Below, in pieces: positions 1 through 8,900 of a DNA stretch of 64,000 bases. Location: positions 3,535-67,534 of IMG/VR virus record IMGVR_UViG_3300031111_000002; one strand, given 5' to 3'. Position 1 is the first letter of the stretch. Each line of letters begins with the position of its first letter. The stretch is from a virus. The position numbers and the translations under genes are program-made. Under the pieces are notes generated by a model. It was not told the DNA's origin and made no database searches. It saw only the letters and a program-made list of their open reading frames with translations.

Positions 1-8
1 GCGAAGTT

Positions 9-572
9 TTGCACGAGATCTGCCCATTGAATGCGCAGCCAATTGACAATGTGCGCTGGGTTCCGAAGGAAAAGGTCGAGCCGAACGATTACAACCCGAA
101 CAGTGTTGCTCAGAAGGAGATGGGGCTTCTTTATCACAGCATCAAACAGGATGGTTACACGCAGCCGATTGTCACGATCTACGACGAGGCGCGAGATAAA
201 TACGTGATCGTAGACGGATTCCACCGGTATTACGTTGGTACGACGTGCGAGGACATCACTCAGGACAATAAAGGAATGCTCCCGGTGGTTGTTATCAAGA
301 AGGATATCAACGAGCGCATGGCGGCGACTGTGAGACATAACAGGGCACGTGGTGAGCACAGCATTGCTGGCATGAGTAATCTGATATTCAACATGCTTGA
401 AAACGGGTGGTCTGATGCCGAGATCTGCAATCACATCGGTCTGGAGCCGGAAGAACTTCTGAAGCTGAAGCATATCACTGGATTCTCCAAACTGTTTGAG
501 AACGTGGAATATCAGAAGGCTTGGGAGACAAAGCGGATGATCCGTTTGCGAATGGAGCACAAGGATGAATGA
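9..572 (+). CDS. IbrB-like ParB/Srx-domain protein (probably 5'-truncated by window edge)
   Basis: PNDYNPN, SIKQDGYTQPIV, IVDGFHRY and TVRHNRARGEH motifs typical of the IbrB/ParB N-domain. Confidence 0.85.
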   Translation: MHEICPLNAQPIDNVRWVPKEKVEPNDYNPNSVAQKEMGLLYHSIKQDGYTQPIVTIYDEARDKYVIVDGFHRYYVGTTCEDITQDNKGMLPVVVIKKDINERMAATVRHNRARGEHSIAGMSNLIFNMLENGWSDAEICNHIGLEPEELLKLKHITGFSKLFENVEYQKAWETKRMIRLRMEHKDE

Positions 573-1164
573 ATCAGCCGTAATCCCGGTCTTATCGGAA
601 GACGGTGAAAACTTCGCAATGGTAGCAGGTGCCGGGGACGTTATCCGTCGTTTTCTCAACACGACTGGGTTTGGGATAAACACTATCAAGGATTGCGACG
701 TACCAGCGTTCATCGCTATGTGCGAAGCATGGGGTGAGTACCGTAGGTGCTGCAATCTTCTTGAAGGTAATCCCGGGGTATACAAAACGACAACTGGCCA
801 ATGGAGAACTCACCCTATCGCCGCTGCTCGAGATCGCGCATGGAACCGGTACTACGTTCTTGCGGGAAACTTCGGATTTCTTCCATCAGCCCGTGGTGAA
901 ACGAATGCGAAACAGGAACAACCTGAAGACGATTCAATGGAAACAGTCATTGAAGTCGGTTTGGAATTCTTGCCAGAATACATACAACATGAATACGCGG
1001 ACTTGATCGAAAGCCCAGTTTCCATTACAAAAGGGGTGATACAGGACTGGATACGAAGGGCGTCTTTTCATTTTAATAAAGATGGAGCGACGAAGGCGAT
1101 GGTCAAAGCGCGAGGTACCCGGTCTTCCGCAATAGCAAGGGCTATATTGCTTTTCGGGGAATAA
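565..1164 (+). CDS. P27-family terminase small subunit-like protein
   Basis: THPIAAARD...FGFLPSAR resembles the P27 TerS signature (HP...GLTP.SR); lies directly upstream of portal. Confidence 0.7.
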   Translation: MNESAVIPVLSEDGENFAMVAGAGDVIRRFLNTTGFGINTIKDCDVPAFIAMCEAWGEYRRCCNLLEGNPGVYKTTTGQWRTHPIAAARDRAWNRYYVLAGNFGFLPSARGETNAKQEQPEDDSMETVIEVGLEFLPEYIQHEYADLIESPVSITKGVIQDWIRRASFHFNKDGATKAMVKARGTRSSAIARAILLFGE

Positions 1165-1186
1165 CGTTTGACTTACGGAGCAAAAT

Positions 1187-3502
1187 ATGTTAAAAAAAAT
1201 ACTGAATATGGGTTTTTCTTTTTCCTCTCTAGGAAAGGGTCGAGAAGAACCATCGACGCTTGTAGCTGATCTTGACGAGGCTTTTGCAAACATCTCGCCA
1301 GAGGACGCTGCTTTCGTTGTGCAAGAAATAGCCAGAATGCGAGCGAACGCATTGAAGGCCGGAACCCCGGTGACGGCTACACTCGATTCCATAACAAAAC
1401 AATATGAACGGGACGATAAACTCACTTTCCCAAAAATCGAGAAAATGATAAATGATGAACAGATACACTCAGCCCGAAGGACAATCGAACTTGGGCTGAC
1501 TGCTTATCCGTGGGGTTATCTGAATCCAGACCCGGCTATTCAAGAGTTCGTCATGGATGCTTCCAACGCTTGTCATGGTGGAAGGGCCGGGTTGATCCGA
1601 GAGCTTCTTTACGCATTGGATTACGGGTTCACAGTTTCCGAGCGCGAGATGGCCTACAACACGGTTCACAAAAAGATCTTCATTCCACGCATAAAAACCT
1701 TGCGTCATGCAAATGTAACCTTCAACACGAACGCTAAGGGGACTGATATCGACTGGTTTGGCCAGCCGGTTCATTATGAACAGCCGGACGGTTCCGAAAC
1801 TGATGTCGATGCTAATCGCCTGATGATATGGACTTATCAAGCCAAGTATGGAGATCCGTATGGGATTCCTGCACTTAAACCGTGCTACCGCGCTTGGTTC
1901 ATAAAGAAGGCGTTGCTCATGGCTTGGGCTACTTCGTGCGAACGACATGGCGCTCCATGGGTGACTGCAGAATCTCCGGACGGAAACGAAACCTTCATGC
2001 GTCGAGTGTTGAACGCTTTGAGGTCGATCACTACCGACTCCGTTGTGGTTACTCCACCCGGCGTGAAGACAAACATTACACAGCCGAACTTTTCATCTGA
2101 AACGTTCAGTAGTTATGTTGCGTACCTCGATCGTCTGATCTTCCGTGTTTATACCATGCCGTCATTGGTTCTTGGTGAGGGCGAAGGTAAGGGCTCGTAT
2201 GCACTTGGCAAAACTCATTTCGATCTGTTCCTTTGGAACCAGCTTGACCTTCGCAACCAGCTTGCGGAAGTTCTGTTGAAGCAATGGGTCGCACCGCTTG
2301 TATTCACGAACTTCGGCGACAAAGCGCCACTTGGAAAAGTGGTTTGGCCGAGGATGAAGGGTGAATCTCTTGCCGGTTTGCTCGAGGTTTATGCCCGGTT
2401 TGCAAACAAGGGCCTGTTGACTTACCCGGATTTGGAAGTCACGAACCTGTTCAGGGAAGCGTTGGATCTTTCACCGATGACCGAGGAACGTTTGCCGGAA
2501 GCACTTGAAAAGTATTATGAATATCTACGGTTGCAAGCGGAAGCATCTGCAATTACCAGCGAACCTAAATCCCGGGCTGAAGAAGCCCGGGAATCTCGCC
2601 CAGTTTCGCTTTCAATTGCTGAACCCCTGGAATCGTTTGCAGTTACTCCACAGGAAGTGGAGAAAACAATGGACTCCGATACTGATCGGATGTCTGCCAG
2701 AATCCGGAAGGTTTACGATTCTGTCGAGTTGAACCGGCCTACCCCTGCACAGATCCGCGACATAAAATCGTATGAGAACAATCTGGATCCGGATGAAGCG
2801 GCAGTTGAAACACTTGCATACAAGGTTGCCGTCCGTGCATTCCCGGCTAGGCGGTTTGAAGCGTCGTTCCAAGCCGCTATAGAGGCGCCTATGGGATTTG
2901 CGGCGACTCATGGGGTCCGTGATGCGTCGAAGCAAATAACCGATCTCAAACGCAAGAAGAAGGATGAAAACCAGGATGCTCCGGCGATTGACATTTCTGA
3001 TATCGACGTTTACCCGGAAGACGCTGTTGAGGCATATACCGTCCAATACGCGGAGTTCAAAACCAAGCAAGAGATTTACGCCATGTCCAATACAATCAAA
3101 AGGTATATTGGAGATCTTGGCACTGGTGAGAAGACATTTGATATAACCAGCTTCATGGAGACGCTGAACAAATCATTGGATCTCAGCAAATCGAGATCCG
3201 AAACCATCGCGCAAACTGAAGTTACCCGGGGTTATAACCTTGGCCGGCTCCATCGCTACAACGATGATCCTGACTTCATTAGTGGATACAGGTTCAGTGC
3301 AATCCTAGACAAAAGGACTACGCCATACTGCCGTGACATTGACGGCAAACAAATCCAGCGTAGCGAAATGCGTGAGGAACGACTTCCACCTTTCCACTTT
3401 TCTTGCAGAACGATAATCGAACCGGTGACTGAGTTTTCGGAGCGGCAGGACTTTGATGTCGTTCCGGAACCCCCGGAAGATTTCCGAGGCGAGGTACAAT
3501 GA
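1187..3502 (+). CDS. Portal protein (DUF935/Mu gp29-like) fused to C-terminal gpF/SPP1 gp7-like head morphogenesis domain
   Basis: GDPYGIPALKPCYRAW, ERHGAP and GSYALGKTH portal motifs; C-terminal ETIAQTE..D.RTTPYC..PPFHFSCRT gpF motif. Confidence 0.88.
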   Translation: MLKKILNMGFSFSSLGKGREEPSTLVADLDEAFANISPEDAAFVVQEIARMRANALKAGTPVTATLDSITKQYERDDKLTFPKIEKMINDEQIHSARRTIELGLTAYPWGYLNPDPAIQEFVMDASNACHGGRAGLIRELLYALDYGFTVSEREMAYNTVHKKIFIPRIKTLRHANVTFNTNAKGTDIDWFGQPVHYEQPDGSETDVDANRLMIWTYQAKYGDPYGIPALKPCYRAWFIKKALLMAWATSCERHGAPWVTAESPDGNETFMRRVLNALRSITTDSVVVTPPGVKTNITQPNFSSETFSSYVAYLDRLIFRVYTMPSLVLGEGEGKGSYALGKTHFDLFLWNQLDLRNQLAEVLLKQWVAPLVFTNFGDKAPLGKVVWPRMKGESLAGLLEVYARFANKGLLTYPDLEVTNLFREALDLSPMTEERLPEALEKYYEYLRLQAEASAITSEPKSRAEEARESRPVSLSIAEPLESFAVTPQEVEKTMDSDTDRMSARIRKVYDSVELNRPTPAQIRDIKSYENNLDPDEAAVETLAYKVAVRAFPARRFEASFQAAIEAPMGFAATHGVRDASKQITDLKRKKKDENQDAPAIDISDIDVYPEDAVEAYTVQYAEFKTKQEIYAMSNTIKRYIGDLGTGEKTFDITSFMETLNKSLDLSKSRSETIAQTEVTRGYNLGRLHRYNDDPDFISGYRFSAILDKRTTPYCRDIDGKQIQRSEMREERLPPFHFSCRTIIEPVTEFSERQDFDVVPEPPEDFRGEVQ

Positions 3503-3561
3503 CGGTGGATCGTATGTAGTGTTGAAAGTATGTGCTGAAAAGTATTATCTTGAATAGATTG

Positions 3562-3589
3562 ATTGACAATACTCGGTTTCAAGAAATAC
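3562..3589 (+). promoter_or_regulatory. Putative sigma70-type promoter for head genes
   Basis: TTGACA-16 nt-AATACT in the intergenic gap upstream of the protease gene. Confidence 0.4.
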
Positions 3590-3605
3590 TGAAAAAGGAC
3601 GAATT

Positions 3606-4976
3606 ATGACAATGGAAAAAGAAAAAAATAACAAGTTCTCTGTTCTGTCAGATCCGGGTTTTCGTAAAGATAACAGGATCGTTTTCGATTGCAATTCTCT
3701 TGAGAAGAACGGCGACTTACACGACGGTGTAGGTACTTATCTCGAACTTCGCGATTTGATGATATTCAAAACCGGTAAGCATCGACCTGGCGGACATGAA
3801 TACACTGTTCAAGATATCGTCAGCATCGTAAGCAATTTCGATGAATACCTCGCAAGGGGCAACTCGGTTCCGCTTCAGGTTTCCCATTCTTACAACGCTT
3901 GGGATACGGTTGGGCACGTGAAGCGGGTTTGTGCTCGTGAAGTGGATGGCGGCGCTGAACTGGTTGCTGATGTTACGGTCACTGCACCGGAAGCAATTAT
4001 GAAATACAAGCGCAAAGAGTTTTCCACTATGAGCGTGGGGCTTTTGCTTCTTCCGGACGAAACGCCGTTCTTGAGCGAGTTGTCTTTCACTCCGTTCCCG
4101 GCGGTTGAAGGTGCCGGGAGATCCGCATCCATGAAAGACGTACCGGCGAAGGAAACTGAAGATCTTTCTTCAGAGGACAATGCGGAACAGGATAATGAAA
4201 ATCACTCCGAAACCGATGGAGAATTGCATCTGGAAGATGCTTCACATAAAGGCAAAGAAGACAACGAAACCGATACATCGGATGACATTTACGAAGAAAC
4301 CAGTAAAATAAATTCTGATGAAAGCTATGTTGAAAAAACAGAAAAGGAGAGCAACATGGGCAAAGACGAAAAAGAAGTGTTGACCGACGTTGAGTCAACC
4401 GTGGACGAGCACTCCGATATGGAAGTGACTGAAACCACTGAGAATGAAGGAGAAGTTACCGAGAATTCTGATAATACTCAGGAAGCCGAATCTGTTGCGG
4501 AAAACCATACTGAGGACAATGAAGACCGCACTGAAGAATTTTCTGCGCGGATCACTGAACTCGAAAAGCAGAACCGCGATCTCATGCAAAGGGCGAAGGA
4601 TCTGTACCACCGTGAGAGAGAAACCCGCATCGATCGCGTGACTGAGGATGCCCTTACCAATGGCATCATCGCTCCGACTGATCGTGAAGCATTCTCCGCG
4701 TTCGTTGGTGATCTTGTCGCCAATGACAATGTTGAGAACTACTCTGACGAGAACAACTTCTCGCTTCTGGACAAGTTCTCCGCGTTGATCGGAAAGCTCA
4801 ACAAGAAGGTTCCTGTTGGTTCCGAGATCTCGGTTCCGACTGAGAAGATGAGCACCGATGAATACGACGAAGTGACCGATGAGTACACTGAGGAATTGAA
4901 GCGTAGAAAGCAAGAGAAGAAGAAGGCTCTGAAACTTGCACGGAAGTCCGGCCTCATCGTTGAGGACGACGAATAA
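3606..4976 (+). CDS. Prohead protease/scaffold (Mu gpI-like) with acidic linker and C-terminal scaffold
   Basis: IFKTG, SH..GHV, SVG and LSFTPFPAVEG protease motifs; acidic coiled-coil C-half; lies between portal and capsid. Confidence 0.8.
   Translation: MTMEKEKNNKFSVLSDPGFRKDNRIVFDCNSLEKNGDLHDGVGTYLELRDLMIFKTGKHRPGGHEYTVQDIVSIVSNFDEYLARGNSVPLQVSHSYNAWDTVGHVKRVCAREVDGGAELVADVTVTAPEAIMKYKRKEFSTMSVGLLLLPDETPFLSELSFTPFPAVEGAGRSASMKDVPAKETEDLSSEDNAEQDNENHSETDGELHLEDASHKGKEDNETDTSDDIYEETSKINSDESYVEKTEKESNMGKDEKEVLTDVESTVDEHSDMEVTETTENEGEVTENSDNTQEAESVAENHTEDNEDRTEEFSARITELEKQNRDLMQRAKDLYHRERETRIDRVTEDALTNGIIAPTDREAFSAFVGDLVANDNVENYSDENNFSLLDKFSALIGKLNKKVPVGSEISVPTEKMSTDEYDEVTDEYTEELKRRKQEKKKALKLARKSGLIVEDDE
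4356..4976 (+). CDS. Putative internally initiated scaffold protein (Mu gpZ-like)
   Basis: In-frame ATG at 4356 preceded by AAGGAG (4344-4349) inside the protease ORF. Confidence 0.55.
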   Translation: MGKDEKEVLTDVESTVDEHSDMEVTETTENEGEVTENSDNTQEAESVAENHTEDNEDRTEEFSARITELEKQNRDLMQRAKDLYHRERETRIDRVTEDALTNGIIAPTDREAFSAFVGDLVANDNVENYSDENNFSLLDKFSALIGKLNKKVPVGSEISVPTEKMSTDEYDEVTDEYTEELKRRKQEKKKALKLARKSGLIVEDDE

Positions 4977-5003
4977 TCGCAAACTACAACAAAGGAGAAA
5001 ACC

Positions 5004-5417
5004 ATGTTGATCAAATCTGGAAGTTTCAAAGATGAAGCGCTTGATCCGCGAGTTGAGCGCACCGGCACTACTCTCAACGAAGCGCCTATCGCGCAGACCC
5101 TCGTTGGTGGGTATGACGATTTCGTGAGTAAGTTGAAGGCGGGTCAAGTTATGGCCAAGCTGGACAATGACAAATGGGCTCCCTATGTCACTCCTGACAA
5201 TGGTCTTACTGTTGCAGACAATGGGGTGTTGTCCGATCAGCAGACTGTTGATGATAATGCTGGCGTGAACGGAACCAACATGATTGGTTATCTTTCCGCT
5301 CTGGCAGACGATGGTCTGACCGGCACCATCATTGTTTCTGGCCTTGTTCACTCAAGCATGATGGTCGGTTACGACGCTGCTTGTAAGACCAAGTACACGA
5401 ACCTGCTCTTTGTGTAA
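5004..5417 (+). CDS. Head decoration protein
   Basis: 137 aa; LKAGQVMAK..KWAPY motif; lies just before capsid; strong RBS. Confidence 0.7.
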   Translation: MLIKSGSFKDEALDPRVERTGTTLNEAPIAQTLVGGYDDFVSKLKAGQVMAKLDNDKWAPYVTPDNGLTVADNGVLSDQQTVDDNAGVNGTNMIGYLSALADDGLTGTIIVSGLVHSSMMVGYDAACKTKYTNLLFV

Positions 5418-5447
5418 GAGCGATCAGAAAAGAAATAGGAGGAAAAC

Positions 5448-6347
5448 ATGGGTGGTTCACTGAATATGATTAAACATCCTTCCCTGCAGCCCCTTGCGAT
5501 GCTGGGATATCTGATTAACAAAGCACGAATGGCTGACGATCTTGCAGTCGTTCTGAGTTTCTTGCCAGAGAAACCTGTTGACGAGATGGGTTTCACTTGG
5601 GACGAAGTCCAGCCTACTGCTGGCGGCATGACTCCGAAGGCTAATGGCCTCGGTAGCGCACTGCTCAACAAGCACACCACTGTCACTCACGTCGGCATGA
5701 CCGATCCTTACCGCGAACAGGTTGAAATCGACCCTCGCCGCATGGGTGGTAAAGACGTGGCTACCATCGTCAGGGAAAAACTGGACATCTTGTTTGACCG
5801 ACTGACTTGGCGCCAGATCTATGAGGTAATCAATCTCATTCGTACTGCCGCTGCAGCGAACCCTCAGCTGACTCCGATTGCCCCGTGGTCTAATTATGAG
5901 GACTCCAAACCTCTGCGCGACATCAAAGCCGCTAAGAGCGCTGCCAAACAGCTTGGAGTTGTCATTGACTCGATCCTAATTTCTGACGAGGCCGAGGAAC
6001 ACCTGACTGAGAACAATTCCATTATGAAACTTTTGTCCAATTCCAGGAAAGATCAGCTTCTGGCTACTGGCTCCATCGGTCGTCTTGCCGGTTGCGACAT
6101 CTTCCCTGTGACTGCAGAAGTGATCGGTGCTATGGGTGCTGTTGATCTGATGAACAACTCCATGTACGGCTTCAAGCGTGGGTCTTCGTTCGGCGAAACC
6201 TTCGTGAGTATGCCTTACAACCCGAAATCCAAACAGGAAGACATGGGTGGCCAGCCAGTTATCGTTGAAGTCGAGAAGCACTTCAAGTGCAAACTGGTTC
6301 GTCCTTGGGGCTTGGTTGAGACTACTGACCTTTACCCTGTGACCTGA
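5448..6347 (+). CDS. Major capsid protein
   Basis: 299 aa; W..YEDSKPLRDI motif; position after protease and decoration genes; strong RBS. Confidence 0.8.
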   Translation: MGGSLNMIKHPSLQPLAMLGYLINKARMADDLAVVLSFLPEKPVDEMGFTWDEVQPTAGGMTPKANGLGSALLNKHTTVTHVGMTDPYREQVEIDPRRMGGKDVATIVREKLDILFDRLTWRQIYEVINLIRTAAAANPQLTPIAPWSNYEDSKPLRDIKAAKSAAKQLGVVIDSILISDEAEEHLTENNSIMKLLSNSRKDQLLATGSIGRLAGCDIFPVTAEVIGAMGAVDLMNNSMYGFKRGSSFGETFVSMPYNPKSKQEDMGGQPVIVEVEKHFKCKLVRPWGLVETTDLYPVT

Positions 6348-6727
6348 TGCCTTTGATCTCTGTTGGTAATATAGTCTATCATTTGAACGATGGTTCTTCG
6401 GTAGACAAGCGGCGGTTGGACTCGGGGATCCCGGTTCAACCGTCCGCTCCAACGGAGACAATAACGGTACTTCGCAAGAAGTACTTTTACGTTGAAAAGA
6501 TAAACGGTAAGCGGATAAGCGCTATATCGTTTTACTGCAACGGAAGGGTATTTACGCTTTCAGGAAGACAGTACAAAAACGATCTTGGGTTCTTCTTCGG
6601 AACGTTGCCTTGTAAAAACATCATAAACTATCAGATTCTCGGGTTAGTGACAGAAGGGATCGCTATACTGAAACAAGTGTCCCTATCGGATTATTCCGAA
6701 ACAACTCGCGTGGTCAGGAGACATTAA
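6347..6727 (+). CDS. Hypothetical protein
   Basis: ORF coupled (TGATG) to capsid gene. Confidence 0.6.
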   Translation: MPLISVGNIVYHLNDGSSVDKRRLDSGIPVQPSAPTETITVLRKKYFYVEKINGKRISAISFYCNGRVFTLSGRQYKNDLGFFFGTLPCKNIINYQILGLVTEGIAILKQVSLSDYSETTRVVRRH

Positions 6728-7213
6728 ATGAATACGTCATATAGAACGCAACAAGTATTGAACAAGGTTCTCAACCTAACCGAGACCGCTCTTAGGATTG
6801 AGGGTGTCCCTGACCCCGAGATAATCGAAAAACTCAATCAGATTATCGCTCTTATGGGCGGTTCCGAAAGCGAATCACACTACTTCCAGCATGAGTTGAT
6901 GGATGAAGACCTTAACCTTCTTATCGAACCTCTCGAGAAGTGGTATCCGAAATTCCTTACAATAAATTTTGCTTCGGCAGAAACGAGGACGGTAAACGTC
7001 TACCTGAGAGAGAAAAACTCCGGTACTGATTTCTTGATCCGTTCATTCGTTGAAACCCCGGAACAGCAAACAGCACTCAACATCTGGTTCGCTGATTTCA
7101 ATATCGCTCCATTCATTGCGGATGATTTTGCTCTTTACATCACCGCATCTCAGACTGCAGCATCTTGTGAAATCGACGGTCTTATCGTTTGGGACGAGAT
7201 AGAGGGAGCGTAA
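6728..7213 (+). CDS. Hypothetical virion protein
   Basis: Contiguous ORF in head operon. Confidence 0.65.
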   Translation: MNTSYRTQQVLNKVLNLTETALRIEGVPDPEIIEKLNQIIALMGGSESESHYFQHELMDEDLNLLIEPLEKWYPKFLTINFASAETRTVNVYLREKNSGTDFLIRSFVETPEQQTALNIWFADFNIAPFIADDFALYITASQTAASCEIDGLIVWDEIEGA

Positions 7214-7214
7214 T

Positions 7215-8648
7215 ATGTCAACGTTCATTAATGGACTACCGACAGACACTGCTCCGGTAAAATCTGTAAACAATCTAAAAGGCGCGGTTGTAATTGATTC
7301 TTCAAATACCGAGAACACTTCATCTGTTCCCGGGATTAACGTTGAAGACGCGCTTAACGCGCTTCTTGTCACGGCACAAGCGGCATTCAATAAACAAGAT
7401 CTTCTAGATCGATACTGGATCCCTGAAGGAAAATACGGTGCGCCTGAAAAGATCCTCCCTTTGTCAGCCAATCGTGCTTACTACACGTATGTGATTCAAA
7501 ACGATTCCCCGGTGTTTAGCCCGGACGGGATTAATTTCTACAAATATCTGTCGACTTACGGAGATGGTTCTTCCGGTTCGATGGCATTCTCAAACGACGG
7601 GATCAACTGGGAAAACGAAGTGGCAATGACTGGCCTTACTGGTTCTGGCTATCATGCCGTTCTTTTGTATGATGGGGTCAATGTTCATATCTGGTACTGG
7701 ACTGGTACTATGAACTACGTCATGGGGAATTTGCATCACGCAATATCGCCCCCTTCGGCTGCGCATCAGTTTTCCGGGGATCAACAGCTTCAGGAAGTTA
7801 CCCCGGGTCAGGTGTTGACCGGAACCGGCGGGACTGGTTACAGACGCGGAAGTTACGGGCCTTCACAGATGTTCTACAATCAATCAGCATCGAACGTCGG
7901 TACAGATCCACGGGATTACACGTTCTATGGCGTTCTGGGTACAACCTCGGGCTCGACAGAGTCTTCTGTGTTCGTATATTCGGCGGATGGAATTTCGTTC
8001 ACTCGATGGGATGCTAATGGTGACGTTCCTATTATCGTTCCTGTATCGGATACTTTCTATTCTTATTCCGCTCACCAAGTCGTTTTTCATTACGACGAAG
8101 AATGGAAAATCTGGGTTTGTTACTTCACCGGAAGCCCGTCGAGTCCGAACAACCAGAATGTAGGTGTAGGTTTCGGAGTCAATCTTCTTGACGTTCCGGT
8201 AGTGATGGATTATCCGCTTTATTCAAAGGGTGATGATTACCCCAAATACGAGAGCAGATGCTATTGCCCTGCATTCGGCAAGTCGGCTGATGGAGAGTTC
8301 ATTCTTTACAAAACCGGACGATCCTCCGAAGGCGATTATGCGACGTTTGCTTGCATGGCATCATTCTCAAGAAAAAGCGCACAAGCTCAAATCGAGATCT
8401 TCACTCCGAATTACACTCCAGCTACGGCTGTGACTCAAACCATGATTGACGACAAAGAACTTCCGCTATCTCATACTGCAATCGAATCGTATCCGATCTC
8501 GTTGTACGTGGACGGGTCAGGTTATTTGCTTCGCGGCATAAGTTGGCAAATGGTTGGCGGAAAGATCAGCTGGTCAACATTCCCAAACAGCGTTCTCAAT
8601 CAGCTTGAAGTCGGCGACTATTACGAGGCGCATTACTTTACGGCGTAA
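7215..8648 (+). CDS. Head/neck fibre with putative five-bladed beta-propeller glycosidase-like domain
   Basis: PVKSVNNLKGAV and NVEDALNAL fibre motifs; Asp-box-like AFSNDGINW and YSADGISF repeats; C-terminal Ig-like segment. Confidence 0.55.
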   Translation: MSTFINGLPTDTAPVKSVNNLKGAVVIDSSNTENTSSVPGINVEDALNALLVTAQAAFNKQDLLDRYWIPEGKYGAPEKILPLSANRAYYTYVIQNDSPVFSPDGINFYKYLSTYGDGSSGSMAFSNDGINWENEVAMTGLTGSGYHAVLLYDGVNVHIWYWTGTMNYVMGNLHHAISPPSAAHQFSGDQQLQEVTPGQVLTGTGGTGYRRGSYGPSQMFYNQSASNVGTDPRDYTFYGVLGTTSGSTESSVFVYSADGISFTRWDANGDVPIIVPVSDTFYSYSAHQVVFHYDEEWKIWVCYFTGSPSSPNNQNVGVGFGVNLLDVPVVMDYPLYSKGDDYPKYESRCYCPAFGKSADGEFILYKTGRSSEGDYATFACMASFSRKSAQAQIEIFTPNYTPATAVTQTMIDDKELPLSHTAIESYPISLYVDGSGYLLRGISWQMVGGKISWSTFPNSVLNQLEVGDYYEAHYFTA

Positions 8649-8876
8649 GGAGGTACGATTGTAGGATATGAAAAGGGCAAACACTTGGTAGCATCATTCC
8701 CTACCATAACTGGTACTGGTAAGAAAATAAGTTCAATGTTGACGGTTAAACTATCTAGGACTGGAGGCGTTTCTGGCGACGATTATCCTGAAGACGCATT
8801 TCTCAGAGAGTTTGACATTCATTACAAAGTAGATTCGTTCGGGTCAGCACAAGAAACAGTTAAAGGCCCGGAATAA
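8649..8876 (+). pseudogene. Start-less fibre C-terminal domain fragment, in frame with the preceding TAA
   Basis: Open frame continues right after TAA 8646-8648; SD TAAGGAGGT has no correctly spaced ATG; ISSML..LSR..DDY..DAFLREFDIHY resembles phage fibre C-termini. Confidence 0.5.
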
Positions 8877-8900
8877 CAAACACAGAAAGGACGCATAACA

